Positions 37,071-50,485 of a stretch of DNA of 64,000 bases are shown piece by piece (within the stretch, counting starts at the first letter, position 1; every line of letters starts with the position of its first letter). Below the pieces are notes generated by a model that worked only from the letters and a program-made list of their open reading frames with translations, was not told the DNA's origin and did no database searches. Source of the stretch: Ginglymostoma cirratum (lineage: Eukaryota); the NCBI GenBank assembly GCA_024137785.1, contig JAHRHZ010000082.1:9763533-9827532 (forward strand), read 5' to 3'. Position numbers and translations under genes: made by a program.

Positions 37071-40000
37071 CTCTGTCACTGCCCCTCCTGCCAACGCACT
37101 GGCGCAGAAAGTCAGCACAGCTAATGTCTCCCCTCCCATTCCGTGTTCTCCATTTCCCCCACTGTCCCCCTCACCTTCCTACTTGCCTGACCCATCGCAG
37201 CCTCAATTTCCACCTTCTGTCCACCTCTCCTACTACTTTGTTTCCGGTCCCTATTTGAGAAGCTGTGACGTTAAACACCAGCTAGCCACGTTTCAACAAT
37301 TAAATTAGAGTATTTTATATTAGTCGAACTTTTTCTTGAACTGTGTACTGTTTGGAGAGCTGTATGCCAAATTTGTTTTTGCTTAAAAGTTATAGTTGCA
37401 TGAAGTGATCTACACATTTTAAAGAGTGGATAATATTGCTGGATTGATTATTTTATTGTGTCTAGCAAGGCTGTTTTTCAGAATGCAATGTGTTGCCTCC
37501 TACAAGGATATTGCAAAGATTCTGGTGGAAAGCAGTGATCTTACCACTTGTGCATTGACTGTGCCTCCCTGTAGTTGTAGTAGCAACAAAGCCAGCCTTG
37601 TTATTTACTGCTAAAAGTGATGCTTCCACTGCACACCATCAGACACTCAGGTCGATTTGGACTTTATATGACAGTGTAAAGTGAGTGGTAGCCCTGTCCT
37701 ATGGATGGAAAATGTGCTGCACCATGCCATGATTTTCGATTTGTTCAATGAATGGCTAGTGATTTCTTTGAGTTTTGGTTAAGGTTAGGAATTTCCAAAC
37801 ACTTATGACATGGAACCCACGATAAGCTCAGTGGATGGTGCCTTAACTCTGGACTGCTAAATCAGGATGACAATGCCAGCTATTTGACTAAAATCTATCA
37901 ACTATTAGAAGATTCTGATATAAATACCTACATGAATGCAAAATGAAGCACAATGATGTTTAATCTATTTCTTTGCCCCATGCCAAATCTGCCTTGGTTT
38001 TTTGAGGCAGATAAATCAGCTTAGGTTCCAAAATCAGGAATGATTAATTAATATTGTTGTATGTTATTGTTTATATTGTTTACTCTGAGTCAGCTTGTAA
38101 GCTCTGAACTCATGATGACAAATGATTTTGTTAGGGAACTTTCCAAATTACGATTAACAATTTGTAACTGAATGCGCGGACCTGCCTGATTCAGGAAACT
38201 TCGAAAGACTCCAGGGGTTAACAGATACCCTCTGTGCCCTGCACTAATCAAGTGCAGGTCTGCTCTCACCAAATATAGCATTTTGTAAACAAACATAACC
38301 AGGGCATTATTGGAATGACAAACTTCCTTTAAACATTTCCTTGCGTTTTGCTCAAGGGTTTCCGTTTGAGCTTTGTTCTGTAGTGTTAGTTCTACTGGAA
38401 TGCTAAGGCTACTGAACTTTGACCTATTGAGGGCACAAGATGTAGAATCGTTTGAAGGGAGATCTGCAGGCAGGAAAAACCGCTGCCATGTGTGCTTGTT
38501 ATTTCCGATATATGATTCAATGATGGACTTTAAGGACTTGGAAAAAATTGATTGAAATTTTTTCAGACTTTGTTTATTTTGTGTGTCCAGTATTCTTGAA
38601 TGATTGACTTGTGGAACGAGCGTGCATTTTTCTGTTGTAAAAGACATGGACTTGATCAGGTTTGGGTTTCTTGCACTGATACATTATGGCCAGAAGTCAG
38701 GAGCTATCAGGTTTAGCATACATCTGAGTGACTGTCCTTCATTAGCCTTGATTTTTATTCCAGGTCAAAGTCCAGAGTGCAACCTGAGTGGAGGCAAACA
38801 GCAAATCCCTGATCTCCCACAGTCAGAGGCCTGGGGAGTTTAGATCTTTGTTCTTATTCAATGCTCCGAACAATCCTGGTTCTTCCAACCCAAGACATAT
38901 CTAAAGTTAAACTGTACAGACCTCTGTCTTCCTGCATTGTCCTGACAATAGACATCACTGCCAGCTCAGTCCAAATGATGTTAAACATTAAAAAAAAAGT
39001 CTTATCTAACTATTGCAGATACACTTTGAGCCTCAGGTTCCTGTTATGCTACTCTATTGTAGGCCTCAATGCAAGCAAGAACCAATGTACCTGACTTCTT
39101 TTCTCTCTCCTTGGTTTATCCAAGTATCCAACTACAACAAGTCCACGCTGTGCAAAGTTCATCACTCCCCAAATTGTTATATGAGTTTTCTACCTAGTTG
39201 TCATAAGGAGGAACACAGTGATACTGCAGTGACTCTATGTGATGAGAGTTGCCATTGCTTCGCTCTCATTCATGGGCCCTTCCCTGTTTTATGACAACAG
39301 CCGAGCCAGGAATAAATAGTCTCCGAATTGTGGCCACTGAATCCCAGAAGCATCACATGCTGCAGGGAAACACGACTGAGAGTTTACTGGATTGTATCCA
39401 CAGAGAGCCCAACAAAACTGAGCTGCAATTTGCTGGTTAATGAGAACAGGTGCCTGCCAGTTCTAGAACCTCAGGAATATGAACTAAGATTCGAAACTGT
39501 GAAAGAAAACTTTGTTACCAAACTTTTAATGTGGCAAAGCTGTAACTTTGAACTGAAGCATTTGCACAAAATAGGGTTTCTGTAGTCATTCAGGCCAGTA
39601 AGCTTCAATAACTCACCACTGAGAGGGAAAAGCACAGATTGCACCAGAATACTCTTGTGCTATATCAGCTGCATCTAACCTTAGATGGTGAAGATATACA
39701 ATGTGAGAGAAACATAATGCTAAGACTTGTTTATATGTTTAATTTTACACATATTTCTCCACTCTGATCCACACTTCACAGTGACTTAATGAGCAATGAA
39801 ACGTGCTTCATTTTTTGAACTGTTCCCTATTATCTAAGATGTTTCGGAGGCTTAGCTATCTTCCAAATTACTTTGGAAATCTTGTTTTGTTAAATTAAAG
39901 TCATTGAAACCTTACGGGTGAGCTGCATTATGGTGTCGACTGCAGACCATATCACCACTGTATCTTTAAGACAGTTATATAACATCATAAAATTTGATGT

Positions 40001-41739
40001 TCTGGTCTAAAAGTAACCCAAATTGCCTTAAGCCACCGCCTCTGCACAATGCAGGCAATGTAGTCAGGCAGTTATGCGTTTTTAATGTACAGTATGATCA
40101 GAACACGGACTATACAGGAAAAAAAACAGTAAAACTTGCAAAGGACACATACTGGTTTGATTTGTGCACTTTAAACTGAAGGGCTGGTATGCCCAAAACA
40201 CTCAGTTCCAGGTGTCATTGTTTTTTTTAAATAGTTTTTCCCTCTGGCTATGTGTATATGTCTGAGGTACTATAGCCATGTAAATAGTTAGTGTTGTTAA
40301 TAAACTTTAAGATATCTGTCTCAATGAGAACCCAACTCTCTGTGGCATATGTCACATTAGCTGACCACATAGAAAACCACAAAGAAGAGCGCTGTGAGCT
40401 GGAACTCTAAGCATTATATCAGCTACAATTCTGTACTAGTAAGCTTGTTCTGAGAGTGGACACCCTTTAATATGTGCGCTGCAGAGCGATGAACTTTACT
40501 CTTGAGGCATGTAGTCAACCCCATTCCTTTCTTCTCTGTACATGTTCAGCTGGGACCTTCTGGTAGCTGAGATTCTGAGATGGGATTCTGCAAACAGGAC
40601 TTTATCCAAATCATGCCAGAGTTCTTCATACAGCTGCAACTTACCTCAACCTCCCTGCAAAACAGCTTATTTGAGATGGGTGCAGCAAGGGAGGAAGAGC
40701 AAATATTGCATAAGTTATTGCAAAAATAAAATTTCACCAAATTGTAAAGAAAATGCTCATGGAACATTAAACTTTCAATAAAAACGTTGGTCTAAATGAA
40801 GTTATAACAGTTGCAAATGCCTGTTTAAATTTACACATTCTAAACTGTGGAAATGGAAATTTGGGTGGGCATAGAACAGAAGGACGATTCCTGATTCCCT
40901 ACTGTAACCCCTTGAAGGTGAATGGCCGGTTCTAGCTCTAAAAAAACTTCCTAAAATCTTCTCCTTTACTCCTTCCTCTCTAAAAGATACTTCCTGCTTT
41001 CAAAGTATCATTACAACAGTTACAACCAGTCCAGCCAGCCGGCTTTTGTACATGTGCCCCATCAGGCAGCTCCAGCAGGTAATTCAACTGTTGGAGCATC
41101 TCTACTTTGTCAGATGCTGTTCTCATTCAACATCAACAGATGCAGGAAGGGGTGGTAACCTTCAGCTGCTTTCATTGTTCTGTCTCCAGCTCCACACAAT
41201 TGCAGCAGTCCTACTGTTGAAACAATTTAACACAGGCCAGGGACTGAATCAAAGATCTTCCTGGTACGTGGACATCAGGTGAAGCACTCGCCAGTGAGCC
41301 ATTTGGGATTCGTCTCTGGACCATTGATAGCTCACAAAAGAACATTGCCATATTGAACCCTCCAGCCTGCCAGCTGTCCTTGCTCCCCAGTAATGTTCTA
41401 TACAGAGTGGCCAGCACTGAATATTAGAAAAATACAATCCTTCATCATCTTACAGATTAAGAAAAAATAATGTCAGCCCCATTTTTGGGTTCAGTTTTAT
41501 TCTAGCTTAAACATGTTCAGTTTTCACACTGCGGACTGAGCTAGACTTGCACATGGGAAGATAAGGTAATGTGTCCAAAAATTGCCAGAAGCCTTTTGAA
41601 ATGTTTCTTGCCTGTGCAGCAAACATTTTGTGACTGTTTGTATTTTCTAGAGAGGTGATTTTCGGTAATGGTTTCTGTACATCACTGCTGAAAACCCTTT
41701 GGGTATTTTTCTTGGGAGAACATGCAGATTTGATTTCAT

Positions 41740-42190
41740 TTTTTTAGTACCTGAATTATCTCAGTGTTCAGAGAAAAGCAGGGCAATTTCCACACGCAGC
41801 TGTCAGCACATGTGGACAAAATGTCAAAACAGTGTGATTACACGTGTAACAATTTGACATTACATATTAATCAGGCTCGCCTGTGGAAACGTCAGGGCTT
41901 TGATTAATGGGCTGCCTGCTGAGTACTATTTCGCAGTTGCACGTTTGTTATTTGAGATAATGGTGGAATTGCTCCCACCCCCCAAAATGCAACAAATTGG
42001 GCAGCTATTTTAGCAATTACTATAAAGAGCGTTTCCTGTAAGGTGCTGGACTGAGTGTTGAACCAATATCAATATGCTGTCCTGAGTATTTTAAACCTAA
42101 GGACATCCTTACGTGACAGATTTATCACACATCTCATTTTTATAGGTCCCTTAACGTCACTTAAGCATAAATCTGTGTTTTATAGTAACA
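41740..42190. promoter_or_regulatory. Candidate enhancer / conserved non-coding element
   Basis: Repeat-free island; Pbx-Hox TGATTAATGG (41901-41910), E-box/Meis CAGCTGTCA (41797-41805), CACGTG; conservation not testable here. Confidence 0.4.
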
Positions 42191-42567
42191 AAGAAAAAGG
42201 AGGCATACTTCTAAAGTGGTACAAATTACAGACAGCCTGCAAAAAATATTTGATGGAGATTGTTTCTATCAGACACAGGAGGTGTAGACTTATTGGGATG
42301 CACACATTTTAATTTTGCTTGAGACCCAATTATTTTACAGCAGCCTATACTTCCAGGTATCATCAGTGCATTGTCAGCCTGCTCCTGCTTGTGGAATGTA
42401 AGGTAATTATCAAACAAAGTCCACTGGTGTATTTGTTCTTCAAACGGGTGCTGTGATGCCAGAAGAAAGTACAAATAAAGTTCTCTGTGGATAAGGAATC
42501 GGACAAACTAGTATTGTAATCCCAACAGCAGGAAGACTAAAGGGTGAAGGAAATGAGAGACAAAAAC

Positions 42568-42611
42568 AAGAGTTCTGAGGAAGGGTCACAGGACCTGAAA
42601 CGTTAACTCTT
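42568..42611 (+). ncRNA. Minimal type I hammerhead ribozyme, intact
   Basis: AAGAGUU-CUGAGGA-A-GGGUC-acag-GACCU-GAAA-C-GUU-AACUCUU: 7-bp helix I, 5-bp helix II, palindromic ACGU helix III. Confidence 0.8.
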
Positions 42612-42700
42612 TTTCCTTCGCAGCTGCTGCCAGACCTGCTGAGCTTTTCTAGCAACTTGGTTTTTGTTCCTGCCTCACAGCATCCGCAGTTCTTTTAGTT
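42570..42700 (+). mobile_element. Penelope-like terminus, family B
   Basis: Hammerhead then gctgccagacctgctgagcttttctagcaac...cagcatccgcagttcttt; homologous to copies at 43411, 53010 and 63378. Confidence 0.85.
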
Positions 42701-42779
42701 ATTATGAAGGAAATGGGATGTTAGTATGATCGAAGGAATTGAATTGAAGAGAGAGAAAAAGCTTGCTTTGGTGAGAAAG

Positions 42780-43025
42780 ACCCAAACACAGGAATGTAAT
42801 GTTAAATTCAGATGCAAAAGCATTGAGATGTGGCTGTGGGAATCAGTTTTTCAACCAAATGATGGTAAAATTCAGTAGTTCATATCCCCTCAGAAGCTTT
42901 TGAAGTTAGATCAATTAATAATTGCAAAATTGAGAATAATAATTTTGTTTTATTCAGATAGAGAAATGGAATTGAGGAGGATTAATGATATTAAGATGCA
43001 GATCAACCATATCTAATGGAATAAG
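42780..43025 (+). mobile_element. Old CR1 3' end
   Basis: Degenerate ORF2 end and cagatcaaccatatctaatgga tail motif. Confidence 0.5.
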
Positions 43026-43044
43026 ACAGAAAAAATGGATGCTC

Positions 43045-44370
43045 TGGATGGAATCTTATAGGGGTCGGAATGACGTGGGCTATGAGAGACCTATTCCTGA
43101 CATCAGGAGCAACTCACTGCACCTTTTGACTATGTTTCTGGCATCAAGGTGAGATCCTCACTAGTCAGCAGCTATTTGCCTCTTAATGGAAATTATTGCT
43201 TGTCAACAACCTTATCAACCTCAGATTAACGTGCAGTTTTCAATTGTACCCCCCCCCAACCACCTCCACCGCTCCCCCCCCCCACCATGAGCAAGCTCAT
43301 GCTGAGAATTCTCTACGTGGAAGTCAGAGCAAGTAACTGGCAGCTTCAGTTTGCCACTTGCTCCAAAGGACCCCAGTGTTGAACAAAAGGTATCAACATT
43401 TCAGGAAAAAATTCAGAAATTGCTGGAAAAAGGTCAGCAGGTCAGACAGCATCTGTGGAGAGAAAGCAGAGTTAATGTTTCGAATCCAGTGACCCTTCTT
43501 CAAAACCGATGGTAGCTAGGAAATGCTTGGGACATAGGCAAAAAAGGGAGGAGGGATGGAGGAGTGGCGATCGGGGAGGGAGTAAACAATAGGTGGAGAT
43601 GGAGCCCAGACAGAGAGAGAGAGAGAGAGAGAGAGTGACAGAGAAGAAAAACACAGTTGGGCTGACAAAGGGTAAATGTCAGCCTGGAAGAATGAGTTAT
43701 TCCAGCAATTTCGGATTTTGATTCTGATTTCCAACATCTGCAGTTTTTTGTTTTGTTTTAACTGACATTTCAGGCCATGATCCATGGGCATCGACCACAC
43801 ACATCCCACAACCGCAGATATTGGCATCCAATGTGTATTAGCTGCTATGAATCCTTATGGAACATCTCCGATCCATTTACCGTATGCCTTTTTGCTTCAA
43901 GGCTGCATCTTAGGGGGGGACTGGCAGCTCTCTTTATAATGCTGGAGCAAGGGCACTATGCATACAACTCATGGACTGGACTAGGCTGTATCTCTGAGCT
44001 GTTCACTAGTCCATGGGCACTTACGCACTTTGAATGTACCCGTTTGTTCACAGCATGCCTGCCTTGTCTTTTGAACCTTGCCCCTCAGCCAGAGATACCA
44101 GGCTTACAGTACTACTGTACTGCAGTACCACTTGGTGCAGAAACAAAGCCATGAGGCTTGCCATGGTCATCAGGAGCTCACAGCCAAGTCAAGGAAAAGC
44201 CTTTGTTCAGGAGTCTGGGGTCAGCAAGTGAAGGGCTGCCATATCCAGATTGAATGTCAGGAAATGTGCAGGGTAGCTGTGGACTGACAGCACTTGCCCA
44301 AATGTAGAATGACTTTTTAAAGATGGTACTGGTGCCACTGGTGGCGGTCTATTCCAGGATGTTCTGACAA
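43045..44370. mobile_element. Degenerate non-autonomous DNA transposon-like block, interrupted by a PLE
   Basis: GC-richer block beginning ggatggaatcttat, similar in character to 770-1435; boundaries uncertain. Confidence 0.3.
43411..43760 (-). mobile_element. Penelope-like fragment, family B, with decayed hammerhead and (GA)n
   Basis: Minus strand UUGAAGA-A-GGGUC-acug-GAUUC-GAAACAUU; opposite-orientation terminal piece ttccagcaatttc...ccaacatctgcagtttt at about 43700-43760. Confidence 0.8.
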
Positions 44371-44914
44371 TTGCAAGTTGTTCTGGGCACTGTGAGTGTT
44401 AGAGTGAAAGTAGAATCAGACAAAAGGGGATGACTGGGTAATTAGTGAGCCAGGTTCGGCAAGATACAACAGAACAGAGAGAAACACCTTTCGGCCTCCT
44501 TTTATCTGCCCTGGAAGAGCAAGTGTAAGGTCAGGGGAGATAAATGAATGGTTGGTTAAGTGCAAGGTGAGTTATAGTGGATAAATGGAAAGGGGTAACT
44601 TGGGGATTGAGCAGATACTGATAGGAGAAAGGGGGTGCTTAGAAGGGAAGGGTATAGTGGAGAAGGTGAAAGATGAATGGAGACAAAGAATGTCTGGAGA
44701 AAATGAATGACTGGGGTCTGAATAATGAAGGAAGCTACTGAATATTGCATTTTCCCTGCAACCTTCATCCACGAATTAACTTTGTGATCACAATCTTCAC
44801 CAAAATAGGAAAGGGAGAAAACAGATATAAAGAACAGCATCTCGGATATTGCATCTCACATGATGCCAGGATGTTCTAAATGTTTTACAGCTAATTATTT
44901 CAAATATAAAAGAT

Positions 44915-45320
44915 AGAATGGAGTAACTTGGGACTATTTCCCTTAGAGAAGGGAGGGCAGATCTAATTGAAATATTCAAAATCATCATGGGTCTGGATTT
45001 ATTGCGGAGGGAGAAAATGGTCCCACTCATTAAGGAACAAGACTGAGAGGACACAGATGGAAAGTTACTCGGAAAAGAAGCGAGGAAAGAAAATGTTAAG
45101 AAAAACGTTTTCACGCAGCAAGTGGTTAGAATCTAGAATTCAGTGCCTGAGAGTGTTGAGCAGGAAAGTTCAATCAAGGTATTCAGAAGGGAATTATACA
45201 GTCATTTCAAAAGAAGCAATGTGTAGGGTTAGGGGGAAATACAGGAGAACAACACCAAGTTCCTTTGGAGAATCGCCGCAGACATGATTGGCCAAATTTC
45301 AATGTAACGATTCTGTTATA
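44915..45320 (+). mobile_element. CR1 3' end
   Basis: LGLFPLEKGR..DLIEIFKIIMGLD; MLRKTFSR...; tail catgattggccaaat. Confidence 0.8.
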
Positions 45321-45974
45321 TAAAACTTCAGAAGTATGAATGTTTGTGTTTAAAGATAAACGGAAACAGACAGAGAGAAAAGGAATGGGGATAAAAAGGG
45401 AGGCAAAGACATGAGACGGGAAGAGATGGATGAAAAGAAAACCAAAGATATCAGATACAGACAAGACAGAATATCTTGACCTGGGAGCTTGAAGATTGAA
45501 TTGGAATGACTTCAATGAGCTAACTTTGACATAGGAAGCATCATTCCTCAGTAGTTTGATTTTTCTCAGTATTCTTGGCTGAAAATAAATGAGTTGGTAA
45601 CTCAGGCAGCTTAAGCTGGTCTGTCAACTGGCCATGGGAATAACAGGAAATAAAACATTACAAGACAAGAAGAAATGGTTTTCCTTCCTCACATCTAGTG
45701 CCATTTTATAAGGCCAGTTTCTAATCCAATGTACAAGTAACAACAAACACTCAGTCATTCAGCGAACAGCTAGATTATTCATTGAAATGGACAAATAAAA
45801 GCTGTGATAGATTTTTGTCTTTTCCATTTGGGTATGAAACACCTGAATGGTGTGTAGAAAGAAAACCTAATGGGAAGGATCGTATGCCCCTTAAAAAAGC
45901 CACCAGATTTTGTTTTTCCCTCTGTGCTATGCTCAAATGCCACTCAATCTGCAAGCAATATGTATTGCATAGTT

Positions 45975-46096
45975 TTAGAGATAGTATATACTGCAGGTGC
46001 TGGAAAATCTGAGATAACAAGGTGTAGAGCTGGATGAACACGGCAGGCCAAGCAGCATCAGAGGAGCTGTCATGCAGCTCTACACCTTGTTATCTC
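45975..46096 (-). mobile_element. Penelope-like mini-insertion with a 22-bp inverted terminus
   Basis: Inverted arms 46011-46032 and 46075-46096; exact 14-bp TSD tgtattgcatagtt (45961-45974, 46097-46110). Confidence 0.9.
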
Positions 46097-46169
46097 TGTA
46101 TTGCATAGTTGTACGGTAGAGCAGTATACAATCTACCTAACATGTCTAAGCCAATGTTCATTCTCCACA

Positions 46170-46940
46170 CAACAACAACTTGCATTGGTTAAGTGCTATT
46201 ACTAAACTGAGGTATCTTTTCCGGAGTGTTTTGCCAAAAAAAATTATACTGAGCCACAAAAGTTGGGAAATTAGCAAAATCAATAATCTTTAAGGGAACA
46301 AAGTGGATTGGTTTGTGTTTAGGACCGTGGCATCTGAAGGTATGGCCAACATTGAGGAGAGGCTTGAATCAGATAAAACAGCACAGATATTTCAGAGGGT
46401 GTTGAGCAGGAGAGATTACACAAATGAAGAGAGACGATGTTATAAAAGTATTTAAAAACAAGGATGATCATTTTTAAATTGCTGGATTAATTAACTGGGA
46501 CAGTCTATCAATCAGGCAGGTAATCTTTCAGCCGCAGGGTAAAGAGAGATGGTAGTGAAGTAGAGTTGGACGTCATCAATGAACACGTGAAAACTGATGC
46601 TCTGTTTTCCCATGATGTAGAAAAATACAGCATGTAGGCGAGAAATAGGAAGTGACCAAGGATCTATCCTTGTGGAACTCCAGAGGTAATGGTACAAGAA
46701 TGGAAGAGAAAAATTGCCGGTATTTCACTGGATATGACTGGATGGTCAAGAATAGAAAGAGGTAACATTAGTCCTGCCGAGGCTTTGGAAAAGAATGGTG
46801 TGGTCAATGATACCAAAGGTAGAGAAGGATGAGAAGGGATGGTTTAACTGTGTCACAGTCACTTAGAACATCATTTATAATTTTAATTGGAACCATCATG
46901 GTCCTGTAGCAGGGCAGAAACCTAATTAGAGGGACTAGAA
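46170..46940 (-). mobile_element. L2-clade LINE remnant (RT to 3' tail)
   Basis: (aac)n tail followed by ttgcatt; minus strand GVPQGSILG and ISFHVFIDDVQLY. Confidence 0.8.
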
Positions 46941-48669
46941 CTATGAACCTTGCTTCAATTCTCCTTACTATAATTCCTTACTCTCTCACTTGGTTTTCTA
47001 ATGGCCCCTTAAACACATTTGAGTCATTCATCTCTACTACTCCATATGGCATTATGAGTAAAATACCTCAATTGTGTTCAGGAATGTTGCCAGTTAGGAG
47101 ACCTTTTAAAAAATGTAAACAACTTTCACATAATTTGAATTTAGATTCCCCTCTTCCACTTTTGTTAGTCTAACCTTTTGCAAGTTACCATTGAAAGTTC
47201 AGAGGATTGATAGCCCTCAGTCTGCATTTTATCACTGAAAATTATAAGAGGATCAGTAGGAATGAAAGGGTTAATGAATAAATTGGTTGAGGCTCATGCA
47301 GGCCAAAATGATTCTGATGCAATTTAGGGAATCAGGTAAATAGAGTAAGATGGTGACAAGTAGACAGTGAAACCCCTCACAGTTCTTAGCAGCAGTACCT
47401 ACGTTCCTACCCCCCACCACCCCCCCACCCAGTTTGTGAGGAAAGCAGGGCTTCTGTTATCTCAGGACGCCACATATCACCATGCCTGTTCCAAATCTGA
47501 CACATCCAAGCTCACTTTGATTCTGTGCCAATGAAAACAGAGACAAGGCGTCAACAGTTTGGTCACCATAGAGATCAAGTAGCCAATGATGCTGTGCACA
47601 TAGATTGGGATCAGCAGAACCAACAAAGCCTGATTCACTGCAGCGCCTTTGGATATAAAATTGACTCTGACAGGATGAGGAGAGAAAATACACAACCAAA
47701 TTAGGGTGGCTATAATCTCCACAATCACTGAGTGATATTAACATGCTCCCTTTTTGCAGTTGGAACAAAGGGCATTTCAATAGGAGAGTAACCTTTACAT
47801 CATTTCTTATTCGAAGAGCTCAAGTTTGCTTTTCCTTCTGAATCGACTTCTTCAATGCAAAATTAGAAGTGACATAATTGTGAAATTATTAAACAGACTT
47901 TCTAATCGAAACAAAACTTTATATTATTGCAGAAGCAAGGAGACAAGAATCAAATCTCGAAATCTTGCTATTCCGTTGATTCTCAGGGAGTCACAGTGGG
48001 TGTCACAGTGCTGCATTAAACTGGAATGATTGAATCATTGCTTGAACAGAAAAAGAAAAATATTACAACTATAATCCCTTATAGGAAATAGAAAATGTGG
48101 GAGGAGAAAAAAAATAAAACAGAGCAATAGCCAATTCTCTCTGACTCAACAGTTTAATGATGTATTGAAATATGAAACTAAAACCTATCTAATTTGACAA
48201 TGATAAGACTCCTTGCTATGAAGCGTAACTCAGTTGAAGATGTATTAATGTGAAAAATATTGATGACGCAAGCCTTTTTCTCAATAATCTTTGAAACATG
48301 GCTATGTGATTAGCTGCAGCAATCCCTACAATCCAATTAAATATTTAACAAAGTACTTCACAAGTTATAAAAGCTCTAGGATGTCCAGAGGATATGGAAG
48401 ATGTGATACAAATATACAGTCTTTCTTCATTTCTCTTCCTTACTGGAATGATCAGTTTGACAATCATGGGGGGAGTTTTAATTTTCCTCAGTTTTTTTTT
48501 ATTTTGAGTCACGTTATGAAATAATTTATTAACTTTGATCAACTCTTGCTCAAGGATGGCCAATAGAAAAAACGATGGAAAGGGAAACATGTAAATGCAT
48601 AACTTGAACTTAATTAAAACTCAACACACTTCTCCTTACTCCCCTAAATTGAAAGAAAGGCATTTTTTT

Positions 48670-50485
48670 TCTTATTGTTAAATTCAGTTACGAGATTTGT
48701 GCCTAGCATCATTTATTGCACATCTTCAACTGCCCTTGAGGATATTGAGGGTGAACAACCTTCTTGATTTGCTGCACTCTATGTGGTGTAGTCCATCCAT
48801 AACTCTGTTAGCAAGGCAGTTTCTGGATTTTGACCCTGCGATCATGAAGCAATGTGGATACATTGCTAAACTGGGATGATGTGCAACTTGGGAGAGAAGC
48901 TTGCACATGGCAGTGCTCCCATGTGCCTGCTATCATGGGCCTTTAAGGTGGTAGTCGCTTAGGAGATGCTGCCAAAGAAGGCAAAGAGAGCTGCTCTGGT
49001 ACATTTTGTGGATCATGCACAGTGTGCTGGTAGTGAAAGCAGTGAACGTTTAAGGTGGTGGATTGGGTGCTGCTCAGGACAGTTGCTGCTCTAAGGTGGT
49101 ATTTAGATTCTTGGATGTTATTGGAATTGCACTCTTCCAGGCAAGAGTAAAGTTTTTTTTAACCATATTCTTTATGTCTTTTAATTGGTAGGAAGGATTT
49201 GGGCATTCAGGAAATGAGGTAGTTTCTGCTGTTTTTGTAACTGTGGTATTTATATGGCTACTTCAGTTACGTTTCTGATTAATGGTGACCACTAAGAAGG
49301 TTAATCGTAGGCGAAAACAGAGATGTCAGTGCCATTACTTGACAAAACAAAATACAGGGTTGTTCAATTCTCTCTTATCGGAGATGGTCATTGTCCAGTA
49401 CTTGTGTAACAAGTAGATTGCTTGCCATTTATCAGTTAAAAACTGAATGTTGTCAAGGTCATGTTAAAAAGGGGCATGGACTGCTTCAGAATCTGAGGAG
49501 TCATGAATAGTGCTGAAATTGTGCAACCATCAGTGACCATCCCCACTTCTGACCTTATGATGGAGGGAGGGTCATCGATGAAGCAGCTGAAAATGTTTGG
49601 GGCAAGAACACTGCCCTGAGGAGCTATTGCACCTTGGGATGAGATAACCATTTTCCTCTGTACTGGGTATGATGCCAGTCATTGAAGAATTTTCACCCTG
49701 ATCCCATTAACATTAGTTTTACAAGGGATTCCTTTACGGTGAACTAGTTAAAATGCTGCCTTGCTATTAAGAGTAGTTGCCCCCACCGCTCTGCTCTTGA
49801 ATTCAGTTCACATTCTGGAGCTGAGTGAGCCTGATGAAATCCAAATCAAAAATCAGTGACCAGATTATTGCTGACTAAGTGTCATTTGATAGGACGATCA
49901 TCAGTTTGTTGATGACTGAGAGTAGGCTCATGGAGCCAAAGCTGGCAGAATAGGTTTTGTCCAGCTCTTTGTGGACAGGTCTTCACTGAATATCTTTCCA
50001 CGTTGTCGTATAGATGTCAGTGCTTTAACTCTTTTGGAACAGCTTGGTTACAAACATGCAGCTTATTCCAGAGCACAAGTCTTCAGCTCTAAAGCCAGCA
50101 TGATGTCAAGGGTGTTATTTCACACTATAACCCCATTCCATTCAATTGCTATCATGAGGAGTGAATCATATTGACTGATGACTGGCATCGGTGATGGTGG
50201 AGATCTAAATTAAAGGTTGAAATGGATTATTCACTCAGCACTAGTTGCCAGATATGGTGGTTGAAAATGCTTCAGCCTTTGTCTCTCACACATACTGGGC
50301 ATTTAGAATGGAAATATTCAGAGTCTCCTCCTGATGTTGTTTGTTGAATTGTTCACCGACATTAATGACTGAATGTGATAGCACTGCAGACCTTTGACTG
50401 TGGGCTTGCCTGGTTGTGTCTAAACGCTATTGCTTCCTCTGTTCAGCATGCACATAGTTCTCTATTGTAGGATGGCCCTTCATTT
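48670..50485 (-). mobile_element. CR1-group LINE of a second family (not HER1), RT to 3' tail
   Basis: PQGSVLAPNIFSCFIDDPPSIIRSEVGMVTDGCT; 3' tail catttattgcacatcttcaactgcccttgag resembles the tail of the SINE at 1530-1869. Confidence 0.85.

Noticed and set aside
38090-38647. Longest ORF in the window (185 aa, minus strand)
   Set aside because: No recognisable domain or motif and no supporting gene structure; compatible with a chance ORF. blastp and RNA-seq would settle it.
43612-43634. (GA)n microsatellite and nearby poly-C runs (43249-43284)
   Set aside because: Ordinary low-complexity sequence inside TE remnants.
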